Part shown: positions 60,512 through 64,000 of the stretch, one piece after another
Layout: each line of letters starts with the position of its first letter
Numbering within the stretch: position 1 is the first letter of the stretch
Source of the DNA: Candidatus Poribacteria bacterium
GTDB lineage: Bacteria > Poribacteria > WGA-4E > WGA-3G
Assembly: GCA_965198235.1 (NCBI GenBank)
Contig: OZ240248.1
Coordinates: forward strand, 2,464,001-2,528,000
Direction: 5' to 3'
Length of the DNA stretch: 64,000 nucleotides
Notes under the pieces: generated by a model
The model's input: only the letters and a program-made list of their open reading frames with translations
Told to the model about the DNA's origin: nothing
The model's database searches: none
Translations under genes and position numbers: made by a program

Positions 60512-61612
60512 ATGGACAAAAAACCGATACTTTACCTCAGCCATTGCGGTTCGAGCATCGGTGGCGGTGAAAAGCAACTCGCTTATCTCGTCACAAATAT
60601 CGACCGAGAGTGCTATCATCCGCTCGTCGTTTGTCCTGATGATGGTGTTTTCGCGGAGCACTTGCGGTATGCCGATATTCCAACAGTCATTCTGGATCTT
60701 CCGCCGTGGCGAAAAACGAAATCATTGGTAGCGAGGTACAGTGCCGCCAGAAAATTAGTTTCACTTGCCAAGGTGCACGACGCTCACCTCGTCCATACCT
60801 CGGATTCGTGGTTTAACCCGTATCTGTGGTCCGTTAAAAAACAGTTGAAAATCCCTGTTGTTTCACATGTCCGGAATCTCCTCACGCCGACTCAGGTGCG
60901 AAAATACAGATTCGATCGGATGGACAGTATTATCGCTATCTCGGAGCAGAGCAGTGTTCCATTGATTCAAGCAGGGATTGATGCTCAAAAGATTGATGTT
61001 GTCCACAATTGTGTTGATTTATCGGTTTTTCAACCGGCTTCTGAACCCGTCCACTCGGCGGAATATGTCGTCGGTATCGTAGGTAGAATTGAACCCTTCA
61101 AACGTCAGAAAACGTTTGTTGAGATAGCCGCTAAGGTCGCGGCACAGTACAAGGAGATTAGGTTTCTTATTATCGGCGGCGCGCTGGGGACACCGGAGCA
61201 TCGCACCTACGAACGGGAAGTCCATCAGTTGGTGACCAAGCATGGGTTGCAGGAATTTGTTTACTTCACAGGCCACCGCACCGATATGCCCAAGGCGATG
61301 CAGGAACTTGATCTACTCGTAACCCTTTCAGCGGGGAGTGTTATCGCCGAGGCGATGGCGGCAGGTAAGCCCGTCATCGGCACTCCAGTTGGCAGTACCG
61401 CTGAAATGATTACTCATGGTGAAACAGGATACATTGTGCCCTTAGACCCGATAGAAGAAATCGCAGATAAGATTGTTGAACTTGCTAAAGATCCGGACCG
61501 AAGCGGACGTATGGGGCAAAGGGCAAGAAAATACGCCGAGGAAGTCTTTGGCGTTGAAATGCATGTCCAGAAGGTACAGAGCATTTATGAGAAATTGTTA
61601 AACATGGGTTGA
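60512..61612 (+). CDS. Glycosyltransferase family 4
   Basis: GGGEKQ, VGRIEPFK, EAMAAGKPVI. Confidence 0.9.
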   Translation: MDKKPILYLSHCGSSIGGGEKQLAYLVTNIDRECYHPLVVCPDDGVFAEHLRYADIPTVILDLPPWRKTKSLVARYSAARKLVSLAKVHDAHLVHTSDSWFNPYLWSVKKQLKIPVVSHVRNLLTPTQVRKYRFDRMDSIIAISEQSSVPLIQAGIDAQKIDVVHNCVDLSVFQPASEPVHSAEYVVGIVGRIEPFKRQKTFVEIAAKVAAQYKEIRFLIIGGALGTPEHRTYEREVHQLVTKHGLQEFVYFTGHRTDMPKAMQELDLLVTLSAGSVIAEAMAAGKPVIGTPVGSTAEMITHGETGYIVPLDPIEEIADKIVELAKDPDRSGRMGQRARKYAEEVFGVEMHVQKVQSIYEKLLNMG

Positions 61613-61675
61613 AATTATTAAGGAATTTGATGTATAATAGAAGCATCATTTCGCTAAGAGGAGTGTAACAGAACA

Positions 61676-62539
61676 ATGCTCACGCAAGAACAACGTGATT
61701 TTTATGGCGAAAACGGCTATATCGGCGTTGAGGCGGTATTAACAGCAGAGGAGGTCGCGGATCTCCAACGCGTCACCGGTGAATTCGTCGAAAAATCGAG
61801 AGAGGTCACCGAACATACCGACATCTTCGATCTGGAACCCGGGCATACACCTGCCAACCCGCGTGTGCGGCGTATCAAAAATCCGGGGCTACACCACATC
61901 GTTTACGATTACACCTTACGGCACCCCAAGATTTTGGATATCGTAGAGCAACTCATCGGGTCGGGGGTTCGGTATAATGGACATAAATTGAACATGAAGT
62001 ATCCGGAGTTTGGAAGTCCGGTGGAATGGCATCAGGACTGGGCATTCTATCCGCACACCAACGACGATCTACTTGCAGTCGGTGTCGTGATTGATGACAT
62101 GACTGTAGAGAACGGCGCATTGATGATACTTCCCGGCTCCCACAAGGGACCGACTTTGGATCATCACCAGGATGGAGCTTTTATTGGGGCAGTTACCGAC
62201 CCCGATTTCACATCAGAAGGTGCTGTGCCTGTTGAGTTGAAGGCGGGTGGAATCACAATCCATCACGTTCGGGCGTTGCACGGCTCTGCCCCGAACACCT
62301 CAGACAAACCGCGCCGCTTAATGCTTGCCCAGTACTGTGCTGTAGACGCATGGCCCCTGAAGGGTATTCCAGATTGGGAGACTTTCAACGGATTCATCAT
62401 CCGCGGCGAACCGACGAATCAACCTCGTATGGCAGCTGCACCCGTGCGTATGCCGGAACCTTACGCAGAACTAAAAGGTTCGATCTACGAAGTACAATCT
62501 CTACTTGACGATCCGCTTTATGCTAACAAGGGACAGTAG
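61676..62539 (+). CDS. PhyH-family dioxygenase
   Basis: WHQD, PGSH, LHGSAPN.S..PRR. Confidence 0.9.
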   Translation: MLTQEQRDFYGENGYIGVEAVLTAEEVADLQRVTGEFVEKSREVTEHTDIFDLEPGHTPANPRVRRIKNPGLHHIVYDYTLRHPKILDIVEQLIGSGVRYNGHKLNMKYPEFGSPVEWHQDWAFYPHTNDDLLAVGVVIDDMTVENGALMILPGSHKGPTLDHHQDGAFIGAVTDPDFTSEGAVPVELKAGGITIHHVRALHGSAPNTSDKPRRLMLAQYCAVDAWPLKGIPDWETFNGFIIRGEPTNQPRMAAAPVRMPEPYAELKGSIYEVQSLLDDPLYANKGQ

Positions 62540-62572
62540 GTTAGAAATCGAATAATTTCTGGACAAAATAGA

Positions 62573-62599
62573 AAGTGCGAGGCACAGAGACCTCGCACT
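62573..62599. terminator. Hairpin between convergent genes
   Basis: AGTGCGAGG-loop-CCTCGCACT. Confidence 0.5.
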
Positions 62600-62664
62600 A
62601 ACACACAGATTTGAGTCTTTTAATAAAATAGAAGGCGAGTCAATCTCGCCCTGCCGACTCAGGT

Positions 62665-63039
62665 TTAGTTGGCAATTTGCGCGCTAAAAGGGCCTGCATC
62701 TGTAACTGCCTTCACGAGCGCGTCGTTCTCAACCTTGTCTTTCTCAACTTTCACCACAGCTTTATTTTCTTCCATAGAAACACTGACAACCTCAGAGACA
62801 CCGGTAACCTTTGTAAGTGCATCCTGCACCGCACTGGTACACGCGCCTCACGTCATACCGGTCACAGCCAGTGTCACTTCTTCGACTGTTGCTTCTACCG
62901 TTTGCGCTGGTGCTGCTTCTTCTACCGTTTGCGCTGGTGCTGCTTCTTCTGCCTCTTTCTTTGATGTGTCTGCACACGCGAACACAAACAGCAGTGCTGC
63001 AAAGCAGACAAATAGCATACTCGCGTTTAACTGACGCAT
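62665..63039 (-). CDS. HMA-domain lipoprotein, predicted selenoprotein (124 aa, Sec64, UxxC)
   Basis: Lipobox FVFAC; VTLAVTGMT-TGA(62848-62850)-GACTSAVQDALTKVTGVSEVVSVSMEENKAVV...LVKAVTDAGPFSAQIAN, ending TAA. Confidence 0.85.
62816..62847 (-). promoter_or_regulatory. Candidate bacterial SECIS element (copy 1)
   Basis: GUGCA-GGA-UGCAC stem-loop; the loop starts 24 nt after UGA. Confidence 0.7.
62893..62950 (-). repeat. 27-bp tandem repeat encoding EEAAPAQTV twice in the linker
   Basis: Exact duplication of TTCTACCGTTTGCGCTGGTGCTGCTTC. Confidence 0.9.
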
Positions 63040-63163
63040 AAGTTTAATCCCCTTATTTGTAGGGACGATCTCTCGATCGCGCCTCTTCGACTTTAGTTCT
63101 AATGGTTGAAACATTATCTGATTAGGCTGCAAGAGCGTTGCAACCCGTCCATATAAAAAGAAA

Positions 63164-63182
63164 GGGTGGGTAAACCCACCCC
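63164..63182 (-). terminator. Intrinsic terminator after the upstream HMA gene
   Basis: GGGTGGGT-TT-ACCCACCC hairpin followed by TTTCTTTTT on the minus strand. Confidence 0.7.
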
Positions 63183-63194
63183 TCCGATTCAGCC

Positions 63195-63590
63195 TTATTG
63201 GGCGACTTCGGCACTAAAGCCCGCGCCTTCAACTGCAGCAGTGAGATCGGCAGTCGCAACTTTACCCTTCTCAATTTTCACCACAGCTGTGTTATTCGCG
63301 TCAGAGACGCTCACCACTTCAGAGACACCGGTGACTTTACTGAGTGCATCCTGCACCGCACTGGTACACGCGCCTCACGTCATACCTGTAACATTCAGTG
63401 TTATCTCTTCAATGGCGGCTTCCTCCATGGCTTCTGCCGTGTCTTCCTTCATGTCTTCCTTCATGTCGGATTCCATTGCGGTTTCCTCTACCGTGGATTC
63501 AGACATCTCTGCCTGTTTCCCGATCATACCACAACCTACCATGAATGCAAAGGCGACAAGACAAATTAGCGATAATCTTACAATATGCAT
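63195..63590 (-). CDS. HMA-domain lipoprotein paralogue, predicted selenoprotein (131 aa, Sec72, UxxC)
   Basis: AAGGAGG RBS; lipobox MVGC; ITLNVTGMT-TGA(63375-63377)-GACTSAVQDALSKVTGVSEVVSVSDANNTAVV...LTAAVEGAGFSAEVAQ, ending TAA. Confidence 0.85.
63343..63374 (-). promoter_or_regulatory. Candidate bacterial SECIS element (copy 2)
   Basis: Identical in sequence to 62816-62847. Confidence 0.7.
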
Positions 63591-63700
63591 GGGTTAACCT
63601 CCTTGAATAATTATTTATCTATAACATTCTAACGGATATTCGTTTTCTTGGCAACATATTTTTTTTGCGAATTCAAAATTACCCACCGAATATGCAAAAT

Positions 63701-64000
63701 TTACCGACGACGATAGCCCACTTGTTCTGAAAGCGCGTATAATTGCGAATTTTTCATAAAACGGATATCCTGTCCGCGCAGTTTCGATCCATAGCGTTTT
63801 TCCAAAAATCGTATCCGCTCCTGTCGATCCGAAAGCGGCATCGATTTAGGTGCCTGCATCTTTATCAGATCGGCACGCGACAATTTCTTGGGATCTACAG
63901 AGACCTGAGGTCCTTCGTAATAACACTTCGGACACAACGAATAGCGCGGATAACGAAGTCGACCACAGCGGCATCGTGCCGTTCCGTCAGGTCCACCGAG
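63701..64000 (-). CDS. Hypothetical protein with a CxC...CxxC motif; 5' end outside the window
   Basis: The frame is open to the window edge: LGGPDGTARCRCGRLRYPRYSLCPKCYYEG... Confidence 0.55.
   Translation of the reverse strand, partial: LGGPDGTARCRCGRLRYPRYSLCPKCYYEGPQVSVDPKKLSRADLIKMQAPKSMPLSDRQERIRFLEKRYGSKLRGQDIRFMKNSQLYALSEQVGYRRR

Noticed and set aside
470-62539. Three PhyH dioxygenases and scattered inositol genes as a novel pathway
   Set aside because: They are unlinked, and such expansions are already reported for the inferred lineage
62669-63597. Plus-strand ORFs 62669-63034 and 63166-63597
   Set aside because: Antisense mirrors of the HMA genes; the TGA reads as TCA on this strand
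1-64000. Genome-wide TGA reassignment as the cause of the HMA read-through
   Set aside because: uvrA and several other full-length genes end normally at TGA

Overview
Bacterial chromosomal window. The taxon is probably Candidatus Poribacteria; this is inferred from three PhyH dioxygenases, an FGE-sulfatase/sialidase fusion, inositol genes and a LamG protein ending in KLTTTWGKIK. Housekeeping genes (uvrA, pcrA, gatCA, alaS, recX, coaD, gpmI, prs, larB) are mixed with carbohydrate and oxidoreductase genes, a decayed IS3, intact and broken toxin-antitoxin modules, and a restriction-modification/defence island at about 23.2-29.2 kb. The strongest hidden signal is two tandem lipoproteins at 62665-63590 that the ORF track stops at TGA. 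Both read through into a complete HMA metal-binding domain with GMT-[TGA]-GAC, i.e. a UxxC selenocysteine motif. Both carry an identical SECIS-like hairpin, while nearby synonymous sites have diverged. Other candidates are an ORF-less IS200/IS605 mini-element that keeps a promoter and a TnpB omegaRNA-like right end, an MNT-HEPN fusion coupled to a tandem active/dead nucleotidyltransferase, GTAG-type REP palindromes (some in frame inside genes, some sharing a loop module) and an apparently dead BsaWI-like endonuclease. All calls come from reading the sequence; no database searches were run.
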